From: Catajapyx aquilonaris
Lineage: Eukaryota
Assembly: GCA_000934665.2 (NCBI GenBank)
Contig: KZ538348.1
Coordinates: forward strand, 60,801-80,800
Direction of reading: 5' to 3'
DNA: 20,000 nt
Both the position numbers and the translations under genes were made by a program. Positions 1-11,729 of the stretch are shown one piece after another. The stretch's first letter is position 1; the number at the start of each line of letters is the position of its first letter. The notes below the pieces were generated by a model. The model had not been told where the DNA came from. It was given only the letters and a program-made list of their open reading frames with translations, and made no database searches.

Positions 1-546
1 CACTCCATGTATTTCTAAACTGGATAACAGCTGCCATTAGTAGGCTAATATTAAATAAATTAACTGCGGAAATCTGGCAATTGCGTAACTTTTATTTTGC
101 ACCGTTTTAAGGCATCTTATATTCCTACGCCTAAAATGATCAAGAATATCTGCTCATTACAGAATGTTTTTTCGGTGTGGAGAGACGCCCGGCACAATTC
201 TGATCTAGTTTCTTTCAGAATAGCTATTTCGCTTCTCTGTAGCCTTCTCCCAGCATGACATGTGTCGTATGCTAAGGGCTACAGGCCTTCAATTCCTGCT
301 GTCCGAGTGTGAGGAACAAGGGGTTAACCACTCGACTGTAAACTGGAGTACCAAATTCAAAGAGTACCAAGCAGCACCAAATAGTAAATACCTAAGGAGT
401 ATACCTGGGAGTAGCACTGCAAGTGTATACCTACACCGAGGAAGTTGTTGAGCTGCGCTTGTGTGATGGTTCTGTGATGTACTTTTTGTCCATAACATTT
501 AGTGGCCTGAAATACAAAAAAATCAGAGTCACACTGGAACTATATA

Positions 547-972
547 CAGGGTGTTCACCAATTTGTCTGCCAAAAAGATATGGGTGGTAGGGGGTGCATA
601 TGGAAGAAGCATGGCATGCTATGGGCCCGAAAGGCCGCGACGATGTTGTCGTCGGCGATGTCTATATCCTGACAAGTATGGATACCTCCGCACATGCCTG
701 TATTGCTGGTTGCCGGAGTCAGGCGGTTGAGCAACGATCTGGCAGTTCCAGCGCCTGACCGCAGCAACCAGCAATGCAGATGTGCACGGGGGTATCCTTA
801 CTTCTCAGGATAGACATTGTCGATGATGTCAAAGGTCGGCATCTCCAAAACCGATCGTCGCCATCTCCAAAAGGGATCGTCGCCGACCTTTCTGACCCAT
901 GCCCAGCCTCTTCCATATTCACCCCACTAACACCTGTATCATATATTAGCAGAAGAATTCGTTAACACCCTG
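547..972. mobile_element. Palindromic (fold-back) MITE, Tc1/mariner-type ends, family A copy 1
   Basis: Begins TA|CAGGGTGTTCACCAATTTGTCTGC and ends GCAGAAGAATTCGTTAACACCCTG|TG. The two halves are imperfect reverse complements along almost the whole length, with the centre near 730-750. Clearly homologous to 17605-17996. Contains a 22-bp tandem duplication (840-861/862-883). Confidence 0.9.
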
Positions 973-1075
973 TGTATGAGAGTTTGATATTTGAAGCTTG
1001 TTTTTTTTCAAGCATTTGTCTATGGAGCTCTATCTTTTTGCAAGAAGACTGATTCAATCATCATAAGTGCGTATA

Positions 1076-1405
1076 CAGTGTGTCTCATCTTTTTTGTCCG
1101 AACAGTTATCGGGAAATTGCGCGTAGCTGCTACTTTTTAAGCAGTGACTTGCAAACGGTGATTTTTCGGAGGAACGGGGAATATTCTCTGCGAATCGTAG
1201 GTTGAAGTGGCATACTTGCCGCCCGCCGAAAATTGAGGATCAAGCCTGGAAAAAAGAGGGTCACACATGCCATGGGATGTGTGACCCTCTTTTTCCCCAT
1301 TCCCCATTCCTCCGACAAATCACCGGTTGCAGGTCACTGCTTAAAAAGTAGCAGCTACGCGCAATTTTCCGATAACTGTTCGGACAAAAAAGATGAGACA
1401 CCCTG
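1076..1405. mobile_element. MITE with about 107-bp TIRs and TA target duplication (Tc1/mariner-type)
   Basis: TA|CAGTGTGTCTCATCTTTTTTGTCCGAACAGTTATCGG... mirrored by ...CCGATAACTGTTCGGACAAAAAAGATGAGACACCCTG|TA. TIRs at about 1076-1182 and 1299-1405 have few mismatches. A separate internal palindrome lies at about 1250-1295. Confidence 0.93.
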
Positions 1406-2318
1406 TATGAATCAATAAGGCTTGCATCACACTATTTCTAACTCAAATTCGAAAAAACGAGACTATTTGATAGTTCTGAATTTCAAAAATTCATTTTCGA
1501 AAAAGGTTTGTCTTGATGTACCCTATCTTCCATTAAAATTGGTATACACATAGTTTTAAACACACTGTAGTGTTTGTGCAGTAGTTCGATATCCTCTCCT
1601 AAAGTTTTAGTCAAAAATCGCAGAGATTTGACCAATAATTACACTGACGGGTATTTCTGGATATTTTGGCTTTATGTTTGAGAGCATGGTACTTTATTTG
1701 TCAATATCTAAATCAGAGTAACTTGCAAATATAAATGCAGCATTTTAAAATGTGTATTTATTGCAGATGATACAGCATTATTGAGAAGTATTTCTCCTCT
1801 TTCACTCATTCTCTGTCCCTTCATGTACCCTCATTCTTTTGAAGTTTTTTTTTGTTCCTGTTGATTGGACACAATAAATATCGACCCCATATTCTAAACC
1901 CCTATGATGAGGCTAGCTGTTTGTCATTGCTCATCGGATTTATTTTGTGCCGAAGTCGTCTTTTATGCATTTTTTTTACCACACTTTGATCTTCCTAAAT
2001 TGCATAAAATAATATGCATGTTATGTTTACTTGGCCTATAGTGATATGGATTTTTCTTATCTACAGTATCCAGACCCATTTAAATGCAATTCTCATATGC
2101 ACCCTATCAAAATGTTGTACATGAGAGTACTACTGATAACACATACTGTATTTATAGAGTAGACTACAGTATGCTATATTGAATACATCCTATATAAACT
2201 TTTGATGCAGCATTATTTTGATAAACGGTGAAGAAGATTGTTTTACTCGAATAATTTCACATTTGCAGGTAAATAGGTTGGGAACACGGCCCAGTAACAA
2301 TGTTTAGAAACATTATCA

Positions 2319-2570
2319 GGCGCCTAAGGTGTAGTTGGTATAGTGCGGCAGCCTTCTGACCTCTGACTTGCCAAGTTCAATCCTGGATCGGATCGAGGAT
2401 TTTCTCATGTGAAAAGAGTTTCACTAACAATAAGTTCTCTCTGATTCCGTGGGTTTGACAATATTCTCCCATTTCCTTGTACTACCAAAATCCATCAAAT
2501 GCAATCAATGAATGAAGTCGAATCATTTAACATAAGATATCTTGAAAGGCCACAAGCCTACCACGCGATA
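2319..2570 (+). mobile_element. tRNA-derived SINE-like relic
   Basis: A-box-like GGTGTAGTTGG (2328-2338) and B-box-like AGTTCAATCC (2374-2383) at tRNA spacing. Followed by a non-tRNA body and ATT/ATC-rich low complexity sequence. The 3' end is approximate. Confidence 0.6.
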
Positions 2571-3657
2571 ATATTGTTTATTACTATTATCACCATTAAT
2601 CATCATTCCTTGGCGACCACTCCTGATGGGTGGAAGCGTGGGTGGAAGCAAGTCTGGTTGATCCGGAGCTATTGACATCTTGACTCAATACCATCGCCTG
2701 GGAGACGGTCGTCAAGGAGCACCCCAGGGTGGGATGACGTCTTCTTGGGTTACTGGTTGTTTACACCGTCGAGTGAACACCCCATTCAGTGGCGATCAGT
2801 CATCACCAGCTATTTACACTCCCTATTTATTTATAAATGTTCACTCTTGATGTATCATTGTATGTGGGTAATGTGTGTTGGATTTTTCATATCATCGAAT
2901 TCATCATCGCCAAACTCATCCTAATATTATCATCATAATCTCTCATCATAATATTATTTTCTTCTGTGACAGAAAATATGCTGCGCTGAAAGCAATATGA
3001 TCATTCTCTGCAAATAATATGCGGTAGGCTTATCTGGTCACGTCAAAAAAGAGTGTGGTATCCATTGAAGTGTCTTCTTTCTTTTACAAGATACCGGTAC
3101 TACAAAAATATGCACAACTACTTTATGCACATGAAAATTATGCGAAATGGTAATACAAAGTTTTATCAACTTAGGCATAACAAATATTTTAGAAATCAAA
3201 GGTGTAAAGGTTATGCTACTCAGTGTTATTTTTGCAGTTAGCTCTGAAGAAAGTCATGTGTTTTGCAATTGTTGAGGACAATTTAATGTCATTTTTCTAA
3301 ATAAGTGCGTGTTTTACACAGATTTTTCTCCCTGTAATGCTGTATTGTTAATTGAATTAAACCGTCATTGTCATTCATGGTGTAGAGCTGTTTTAAATAT
3401 TGTGCGACAATATCTTTTTCAAGATAACGTTTGGTACAATATAATGTGGAATCACCTTATCCTAATCCCACCCTCTACCCACCAATACTAAATATAACTA
3501 GGAACGATATGGACCTCAATACCATGCTGAATTTCCATGTGATGTATGGGATGATACAAAGTGTTTTTTTAAAAAAAGCATAGAAACTCAGCCTAGTGTT
3601 GAGGGCTTTATCTTCCCAAGATAGACTATCTCGTTTGTTATGGAGTTGGGAATTTTA

Positions 3658-4006
3658 CAGGGTCGTACACTGCCCAAATTTACGGTCAGAAATGTGACAA
3701 CGGTGGAAAGTGGATGGATTAGTAACGACACGGCGTTGTAAACCAGATCGGGGGCCATCTTTTGATGGGTTAAGATCAAAATGTCCACTTCTCATGTGCA
3801 TGCATCGTGCAGGCAATAAATACTTCTAAAAAAGATAAGAAACTTTCCAAACATTTTCACGTCAAATAATTACACAGCAGTCAAACAATAAGAAAGATGG
3901 CCGGACAGTTTATTTGCATAACCCACGGCATAACCAGATTAGTAATCCGTCAACTTTCCATCATTCCCACACTTTGGATCGTCCACTTGGACAGAGTACC
4001 ACCCTG
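3658..4006. mobile_element. Diverged MITE with about 70-bp TIRs, CAGGGT termini (Tc1/mariner-type)
   Basis: Left end: TA|CAGGGTCGTACACTGCCCAAAT...GGTGGAAAGTGGATGGATTAGTAA. Right end reverse-complemented: CAGGGTGGTACTCTGTCCAAGT...GATGGAAAGTTGACGGATTACTAA. Inner inverted pair GGCCATCTTT/AAAGATGGCC. The right flank is TT rather than TA. Confidence 0.8.
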
Positions 4007-4499
4007 TTTAAGGGGACTGTCGCATATTTTTATACCAGACTAAGTTTTCCCCGAAACAATGCATCCACCCCTTTTCCCACAATTCTGGAGAGAATAAATA
4101 ATACATAAGTATAGCCTATAGTCTTATACTATAGGCCACTAGATGTGAGGTATTTTATTTTCCTTTATTAATTCACAAATACAATAATTATGTCCTGTGT
4201 ACGTGAGTTATATCTAATGGGGACCATGTCATTGGCCCAGGTTATTTTTAACACTTTCACTCACTATCGCTGGCAGAAACAACAAATGGCCCCAGTTTCA
4301 AATAAATAACGTGTCATTTGATGATTTACTGGATTGAACTCTCTTTGTCGAGATTCCAGCAAAATAGACTGCGTCTCTAACGGCCTAAAATAAGGGGTCA
4401 CGCAATCCTTTGTTACTTTCAAATGGACCCCACATCTCTCCTTCTCCATTTGGAATACCCTTATGTATAGGCCCGATACTGTAGACCAGAACTTGCTAT

Positions 4500-4868
4500 A
4501 ACCCACTCAGCCTTACTGATGTGTATAGCCTTGAAGGCCAGTTAGGTCATATACCGTATACGGAATGGGCAGGGAAATTCACCACCTATAGATCAGCTGA
4601 TTTTGGCTTCGTTAAGGAGATGATATGAGTCTTATCGTATACCAGTGAAAAACGGAATCTGCGTGGTATCCACCCAATCAGCAGAAACGTATAAGTTAAA
4701 CAAAATCGGGTCAACCCACTTCTAAGGGGAAGAAAGACAAATGAAGAATATGAAACCTTATTTCCATGTGGAAAAGTACTCGTATATCCTCCATCCGATA
4801 TCACGTCCGGGATTGATCCCGGGATCTCAGCGGAGGAAGATTGTGGCGATAACCACTACACTACGTAT
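4500..4868 (-). mobile_element. tRNA-derived SINE-like relic
   Basis: The minus strand reads TAGTGTAGTGGTTATCGCCAC...GAGATCCCGGGATCAATCCCGGACG, with A box at 4853-4863 and B-box-like GGATCAATCCC at 4809-4819. There is no intact cloverleaf and the sequence continues into a SINE-like body. The 3' boundary is approximate. Confidence 0.65.
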
Positions 4869-6922
4869 ACACTATACAGTATAGTGCCGCTTACCACTGC
4901 ACCACCATGATTTATTAACAATTGAACGTGTCAGAATTCCATAGGGGCTGCTTTTAACCATCGCGTAGTAATAATTGTGACAATTGATATAAACACATCT
5001 GTATATTTACAGTGGACAATTTGGTGTCTATTACACACTATTTGACAAAGTGCCGCCCGTATTAATTCCTGATGGTATGTGCGCGATACGGCAGAAGAGA
5101 AGGAGTATGAATAGAAGTAATTACAGCGGGGTACTGTACAGTACAAGTGTATACAGTACAGAATCTCGAACTCAGAGAGGAAGGGCAGATTACATGCACC
5201 TCACTTTGGTATCAAAGGGTCACATGTACTGCATACCCCTCGCATTTTCACTTATCATCAAATAACTCAGCAAAAGATGCTCACCGCCATATAAAAGGAA
5301 TAACTCCAGTGTAAAGGTTCGGAAAGTCTGGCAGAAGTATTACACCACCTTGGAAGGAGGTACAGACTGCAGATGGGCACTTCATTGACGAATGTGGCGC
5401 AGCATTTGAACTGCAACAAAAAAAAAAAAAGTTCTAAGCAAATACGTATTTTTTATTAATCCAGCCCAAAGTGTTTTTGACCGGTTTTACGCGAGATCGA
5501 GTAGTGGTCGGATTACCAAAACTATATAGTTATTGGGACGTGGGTAAGAAGGTGTTGGCAAATATTGAAATTTCCTATAATTTCCAGCGAAGGTATTAAT
5601 AATTGTTATTGCACTCTAATGCTGTGCATTATTTTTGTATGTACTATGCGTATGGGGGGAGGATGTCCATCATATCATTATATCTAGTAATATCAGCAAA
5701 AATGGCGGGAAATGCATTTGCTGCTGATCTACATCAATTTAGCAAATAGTGGGCTATAGTACACTAGATCTACGTAATATACATGTATACAGTATATGCA
5801 CGCGGGGTATTATATTGATTTAAACCATTAATGGAGTTGAGCCTTGAGGGACCCAATGTTAATTACCAATACGGATAAGGCAAAGCGCATCGGTGCAGTG
5901 GGAATAACACCCACAAGTAAATTAATCCACAAATTTTGTAGCTATTCTCCGCTTAGTAATAAGGACGTAAATACCGTGCAAAAAACAATGGGACCAAAGT
6001 CTGAATCTGTGAGGTTAACATTGTAAAATTAAGGTAATACTGCCCCTCGGATGACAGAGAGTATTTTGTGGAAACTGCTACCAAATCATGCAAAAAATCA
6101 GTTACAAACTCTAATCTATAGCATGATGTAGCAATTTGTGGCCCAGTCTGGCAATATAACCGTGAAACCTAATCCACGCCAGCGTCAACTGGAAAAACTA
6201 ATGTCAACATATTCAAATATTTTACCCACTTTGCACTATAAAACTACATCAAAAAAATAGCACTGGCAGTTCCAAGGCCTCCATGCACTAGACCTTTGAA
6301 CATATAACTTAAGACCTTGATTACAGGTCTCCGTATGCCCTGTACCATCTGCGACTTCGAACCAGCTCATTATTCCCATTCATGATTGTCCTAATGTAGC
6401 GAGCACACAGAGAAGCACGAGCATCGCTTAATTGATCAACTAATGGCCAGCACATGATGTAACATTCATTCCCCCCAGTTTCCCACGCAGGTGTAAAAGG
6501 CAATCGAGTCTCATCTCTCCAGCCCATTCCTCCCCTTTATTTTTCTATCATCTTATATGCCATCACCATGTATTTATCATAGGCATAATTTGACTCTCCT
6601 GCCCAACTGATCATGTATCGGGTGGGGCAGGCGTGCAATTTGGGTGATGGCCTGAGGATATTGAATCATCGCAAGGGTGCATCCCAGCGGAAAATGAGGG
6701 GGCGTTGAGCCGGTTGCTAGTCACTCAGTCACCGGCCAATCTTTCTGACTCGTCCCTTGATGTAACACCCACTCCCATATCCAACCCCATGTCCTATGCA
6801 TCCACTGGTCCTATAGCTGCCTGCTCCATTCGTCCATCCCAGTGTAGTACTGTAGTAGTCTATAGGATAGAGTGGGGGGCAGGCAGGCAGTGGGGTATCG
6901 ATCCCGACGGGCCCAAAGCTGA

Positions 6923-6953
6923 GGGAGGAGGGAGGCAGGGAGCGGGAGGAGGG
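6923..6953 (+). other. Canonical G-quadruplex-forming motif in a GA-rich island
   Basis: GGG-AGGA-GGG-AGGCA-GGG-AGC-GGG-AGGA-GGG: five G3 tracts with 3-5 nt loops. Confidence 0.55.
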
Positions 6954-8451
6954 AGGAAGAAGAGCAAGTTAGTTCCAGTTGGGAGGAGGCTGCAGGCTGA
7001 CAGCAGCCTCCAGGAGGGAGGGAGGGAAGGAAGGAAGAGGAGGAAAGGTGGACCAAAGTTGTGTACCACACCCAAAGAGGCAGCAACCATCCGAGCCAGC
7101 AACTGCTCCAACGGTTAGTATTCATCTCTTCAGCTCAGCCTCCCTCCCTCCCCTTCATACTGTCCCCTACTCCCACCTTTCACTGCATCCCGCCCTCCAG
7201 AGATGCGCTACGGTTACTACCTTTCTGACATGGAGGATTTCTGGTCACTTGGTCGTTCTTCAGCATGTGGTGGTCAGGGTTTGGTTTGGGCCTAACTCTT
7301 ACACCCCCTGCAGGGTTAAATTGGTGCGATAGGTACAACCCGTAGATTTGATCGTGCTACAATCGATGCTGTCTAGTACCAGTTTTTATGATTGATTATA
7401 CAGAGCAACAAGAGGGGTTTTACTGTATCGTGATAATTATCAGCTAACGCGCCATCGGATATATGACGATTACCGTTACGTTACGTAAGCAAGAGCGGAA
7501 AAGAGAAGATTTCAAATAATGTTTTACTTTTTTAGTGATTCTAACGGTAGGCTATAATTATGTCGTCTCCGTATTTTAATAAAGTACTAACTGTATATTA
7601 GTCCCATCTTAATTGCATGGGCATCAGACAGGAAGACATGATCAGTTTGTAAAATACATTATACTTCAACATAACCGGTCAGTCCATGCAATAAAATGTA
7701 CATAATAAAATGTACTTGCGTTGGAACCTGGGATTACAGGTTGGAACTCTCGGGGAGTTGTTGCATGCATTAAATTATTATTTACAGTAGTATTCTGTTC
7801 ATAATTTTCTCCTGCGGGCTAATACTGTAAACAGTGTTGGGCACGTTATATGTTGCATGGCTCTGGAGAATAATATTATTGTTTCTACCATTGAGCTACC
7901 CATTTGTCTCATCTTTTCGAAGGAAAAAGAAATGTGTAACTACGCATGCAGCACTATGATGTAAAGTATTATAACAGCGTAAATACAAGTACAAGTAATA
8001 TTCAAAGAAGTCGGAAAAATGAAATATGCAAATTGCACCATATAATAAAAATTACATTTGAATTTTTAGCAAACCCTCTTTATATTAGAGTAAAGCAAGG
8101 TAAAAAACAAAGGACGTGCATGATTTATCAGTAATTAGCCGAACTAAAATGACTGTTTAGAAGATTAGTCATTATTAGATCGTGTACAGTAATAAGTTAT
8201 ATTGAGGAATCCACAAGGACATTAAAAATATGCGTGGTCTTACACAGCTTTTGTAAAGCCATGGTTCATTGATTATTTTTGATTTGATCATTATTGATCA
8301 TGTTTACATTGAAGTAAGTTACTACCTCATTTTGCATTAAGATATCGAAGTTCATTACAATGAAAAGTCAGATTAAAAATGTTACTGTGACATTGCACTA
8401 GATAGAGCAGTCAGTCTGTTAAGAACTTGAAATCAATTATATCAACTTAAC

Positions 8452-8499
8452 GACAACAGCAACAACAACAGCAGCAGCAGCAGCAACAACAACAACAAT
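8452..8499 (+). repeat. Compound (CAA)n/(CAG)n microsatellite
   Basis: Read directly: gacaacagcaacaacaacagcagcagcagcagcaacaacaacaacaat. Not within a credible ORF. Confidence 0.9.
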
Positions 8500-8504
8500 A
8501 AGGG

Positions 8505-8725
8505 GGAAAGTGATTTAGTTCTTAGTGTTTTATCTCAGAAGCCGGGTTCGATTCCCAAATCGGGCAAATAATTTCACATAGGATAAGAATTTTGATTTGG
8601 CTAATTGACTATGTCCGTTTTCTCGTCATTATTCTCTCCAAATTAGCCCAATCTTCCAAACCTCCAGAATTTATCAGCACTGAAGTGACTATTTATAAAA
8701 TCGTGAATTAAAAGCCAAAATTTCT
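8505..8725 (+). mobile_element. tRNA-derived SINE-like relic with degenerate A box
   Basis: Perfect B box GGTTCGATTCC at 8545-8555. Followed by ATTTCACATAGGATAAGAATTT, similar to the post-head motif of the other two SINE-like relics. Boundaries are approximate. Confidence 0.5.
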
Positions 8726-9941
8726 ATGTTGTTGTTACGTATCAAGCCCATTATTTGTAGACAAATGGGAAAATAATGCTACGTTACCAAAAATACACAA
8801 TGTTGTAATTTATGGGAATTTGTGACACCAAGGGTTGTCGAGATAAGACTCCAAAATGATGTACGAGGCACATGAGTAATTTATGAATGAGACCGCTATA
8901 ATTCAAGTTACCACTCACTGACCATGGACCTAATCCATGGTCTTCGATTTCCTATTCGGGTGTAGGCGTGGTTCACTTCTTCGCCAGTAAACCAAGAAAA
9001 GGGCTAAAAGTTTCTTGAAGATATCTCGTCACTTCACCTGTTTACAGCCACAGATATCCGTGCTATATTTGGAACAGTGGCTCTCCAGCTAACTGCGCAT
9101 GCAATGCTTTCAGCTCTTGAATTTGACCCCTTGTTTATTCCGTACAAGCTAACTGTACATGTCATGGTGGGACAGTTCAAGACCTCTGTTGTTTGCTGTG
9201 TTTGCTGCTGTTATTCGCCTACTAATGACGTATTGGTTTACAACCTGTTTTCTGCTTCAGGGACAGTAATTCTCGGAGAACTTTCCCGGTGGGAAGAGCG
9301 TGAATGTATTGTTCTATATTCACTATTATTGGCAATTTTCTTGGAGTTATTCTATTTAACTCTTACATGCAAAAATACATCAGTAAGTAGCGTGATGATT
9401 AATGCAGTTGGATGAAAATATTGATTTCCTGCTAAAGGCAGATGCTTTCAATCCCTTTACATTACCGTGTGCTTTTACTATAATTAGGCAGCATTTTAGG
9501 GAAAATATTTGCTTTCGGCTTATAGACCTTATAGACTATATCGCCTCCAAAATTTATTATTTATAACTTAAGGATTAGGAAGCTATATGATCGAAAATAA
9601 TATATTCTCATTATCATGTGTCGTATATCCATATCGCCTTGTATCGCAGTTTATTGATGGTAAATTAATAAAAGTCGCATGATCGCATGTATTTCAATTT
9701 CACCCGCACGCTGCAAATCATGCCCAAAGTGAACCATCAGCTACCTAAATTCAATAGATGTTATCTAATACTAGTTTGTTATTTGCCATATGAGCGGCAT
9801 GCAGCCGAGGCAGGAATCGATTGGATATTTCAGAAGTCAGTATTCCCATCGCTACCAGAATAATTACCTCCTCTTATCGCGTGGCATATGTTAAAACTCA
9901 TTAGAATATGAAATGTGGCATTTTCAAACAGTATTTTGTGA

Positions 9942-9995
<54 letters not shown>
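9942..9995 (+). repeat. (ATG)18 microsatellite
   Basis: Perfect trinucleotide repeat. It accounts for the poly-Asp ORF 9908-10123. Confidence 0.97.
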
Positions 9996-10499
9996 TAGGC
10001 TACTCTACTCCTCAGAACGCTCGGATATGTGTCACTTGCTTTCGAATATCATGCAAGTGTATATACCAAAATACTACGGTTGAAGATGAACCACTCTGTA
10101 ACACTATGGCTACATACCAGTAAATAGCAAGAATCTCAAATGATTTATTCAGTAAGTTGCCAGCACTTGAGTGTGCAGCCCAGGAATATGAGTTCTAAAA
10201 AAATTCAATTCACTATACTGACTCTAGAGATCCATAGGGCAATACGCAGCCTCTCAACAAAAAATGTATGCCCATCCAAACATACGGTACTATATCTGTT
10301 ACATGGAAGAGACTGACACTATAGTGTTAATTTCTTACAATAACAAGCATATCACAAACGGGCTTATCACAATATTCAGTGAGCAATGTTTCTCTTAGTA
10401 TAGAGTCCTACTTGTAATAATATACTGTATAGTGCAGAGTGAAGTCTTGAAGCAGTTTCTCTTTCCCCGCACACTGCACCCGTCATGATAACTGACTGC

Positions 10500-10670
10500 G
10501 AAGGACGTGGAGTTGTCTTGCCTTGCGTATGATAATTTCCGAGTTACCTTCTGTCACATGCATGGAATATTACAACTCCGCATCTCGTCGAGCCTCATAT
10601 CGTTCTAAGTGCGGTGAATGATCCGGATTGGGTGACATTCAGAAGGCGGTGGGTGGAATCTGTCTGATGC
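10500..10670 (+). repeat. Old interspersed repeat, copy 1 (part of a decayed palindromic element)
   Basis: 10572-10670 aligns by eye with the reverse complement of 14964-15067. Local inverted pair GGAGTTGT (about 10509) / ACAACTCC (about 10572). Confidence 0.65.
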
Positions 10671-11612
10671 TTTGCGAGAGAGAATAGCTGCTCCGACTGG
10701 TTGGGCACAAGCGCTGCGTGTACCGGTACTGCTGTACAGTGGATCAAGGCTTATGAACGTGTGTCTGTAGGAATACTAATTTTTTTTAACAAAACAAATA
10801 TTGATTCCACCCTTCCAGTAAGTTTACCTTAACTATGCGATGTGACAAAGGAAGTTGAGCTGCCATTGGCTATAGACCCAGCTCTGTAAACTCTAGCATG
10901 TTCATGGGAATCGGATATTCGCCTAGTGGAATGCCATATTGTGTAATACCATTACCATGCACTTTCATTATCTAATACCTTGATAATAATGATAATAATG
11001 CATTCAGTTTCTATGAGCATTGCTATGCTTTTCTGAAGGTTATTAAGACGATGCCATGCGACGAGCTTATTATCAGTTTTACTTTAGTTCAGCTTGTCCT
11101 TTGCCACGGGCCTCGTTCTAGAGGTTGGCCAGAGACCACCGTTCATTGATATCCATTACTCTGACAGATGACATGATGAAATATATTCCAAGTCGTAGAT
11201 TTTAATTCCACAAAGGACGTACTTGCGACAAACATGACAAAAACCATCCCGCTCTCGTAACTCGTTTGATGTCACTCGTGAGATGGCTCAGATAATCTAC
11301 TCCACCTCCTGCAACCCTGCGATAGTCAACCCTTCCCACTTTCCAAGCGTATCTGCTTTGCATACTATTCTATGTACCGGTAATCCATTATCACGTAACT
11401 AAAATCCAATGCGTACATTTTCTGTATCACTTACTGTACATATGATCGTGAAAAAATTTCTGCTGTGAACATGCTGGTCTTAGAATAGGCTGTGAATATC
11501 AATAAATCTACTCCTATTTTAATGAGTGAACCCCCCTCCCCCTGACCTGATTTCAGCCATGTTATAATCCTGTATGCCATGCCTGTGTGGAACAATATTA
11601 ATCATCTATACC

Positions 11613-11637
11613 GGGGGGGGGGGGGNGGGGGGGGGGG
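11613..11637 (+). repeat. Poly-G tract (contains an N at 11626)
   Basis: Read directly. The length is uncertain because of the ambiguous base. Confidence 0.85.
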
Positions 11638-11729
11638 TGTCGTCGCGTACTGCTCGTTTGTTGTCACCTGGCAACCCGTGTTCTGGATGAATAAGCTTGC
11701 ACGCTCTTGGCTGATGAACAGAAACGCTG

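Noticed and set aside
555..965. Similar ORFs on both strands at 555-965 and 17533-17890
   Set aside because: A by-product of the GC-rich palindromic MITE copies. Frames are not conserved between copies.
1901..1960. CTATGATGAGGC...GCCGAAGTCGTC, resembling a decayed hammerhead
   Set aside because: Both core motifs are mutated and there is no stem I.
4008..4030. TTAA-GGGGAC possible Kolobok/piggyBac-like end
   Set aside because: No matching inverted partner found in the window.
4795..4868. Functional tRNA gene
   Set aside because: A and B boxes are present, but the T-loop is altered (GGATCAA), acceptor and anticodon stems are poor, and there is no terminator directly after. It fits a SINE head better.
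5310..5430. Possible mariner-type C-terminal remnant (HFIDECGAAFE) before an A tract
   Set aside because: Similarity is too short, and no upstream transposase motifs or TIR were found.
7228..7268. Hammerhead-like core on the minus strand: ACATG-CTGAAGA-(15 nt)-GAAA-TCC-TC-CATGT
   Set aside because: Stem I pairs, but the stem II segment (ACGACCAAGTGACCA) does not self-pair. The stem III loop is not the palindrome expected of Penelope-type minimal hammerheads.
6705..7332. Overlapping 83-137 aa ORFs
   Set aside because: Mostly non-ATG starts and low-complexity translation of GA/CT-rich DNA, with no recognisable domain.
9908..10123. Poly-Asp ORF
   Set aside because: Explained by the (ATG)18 microsatellite.
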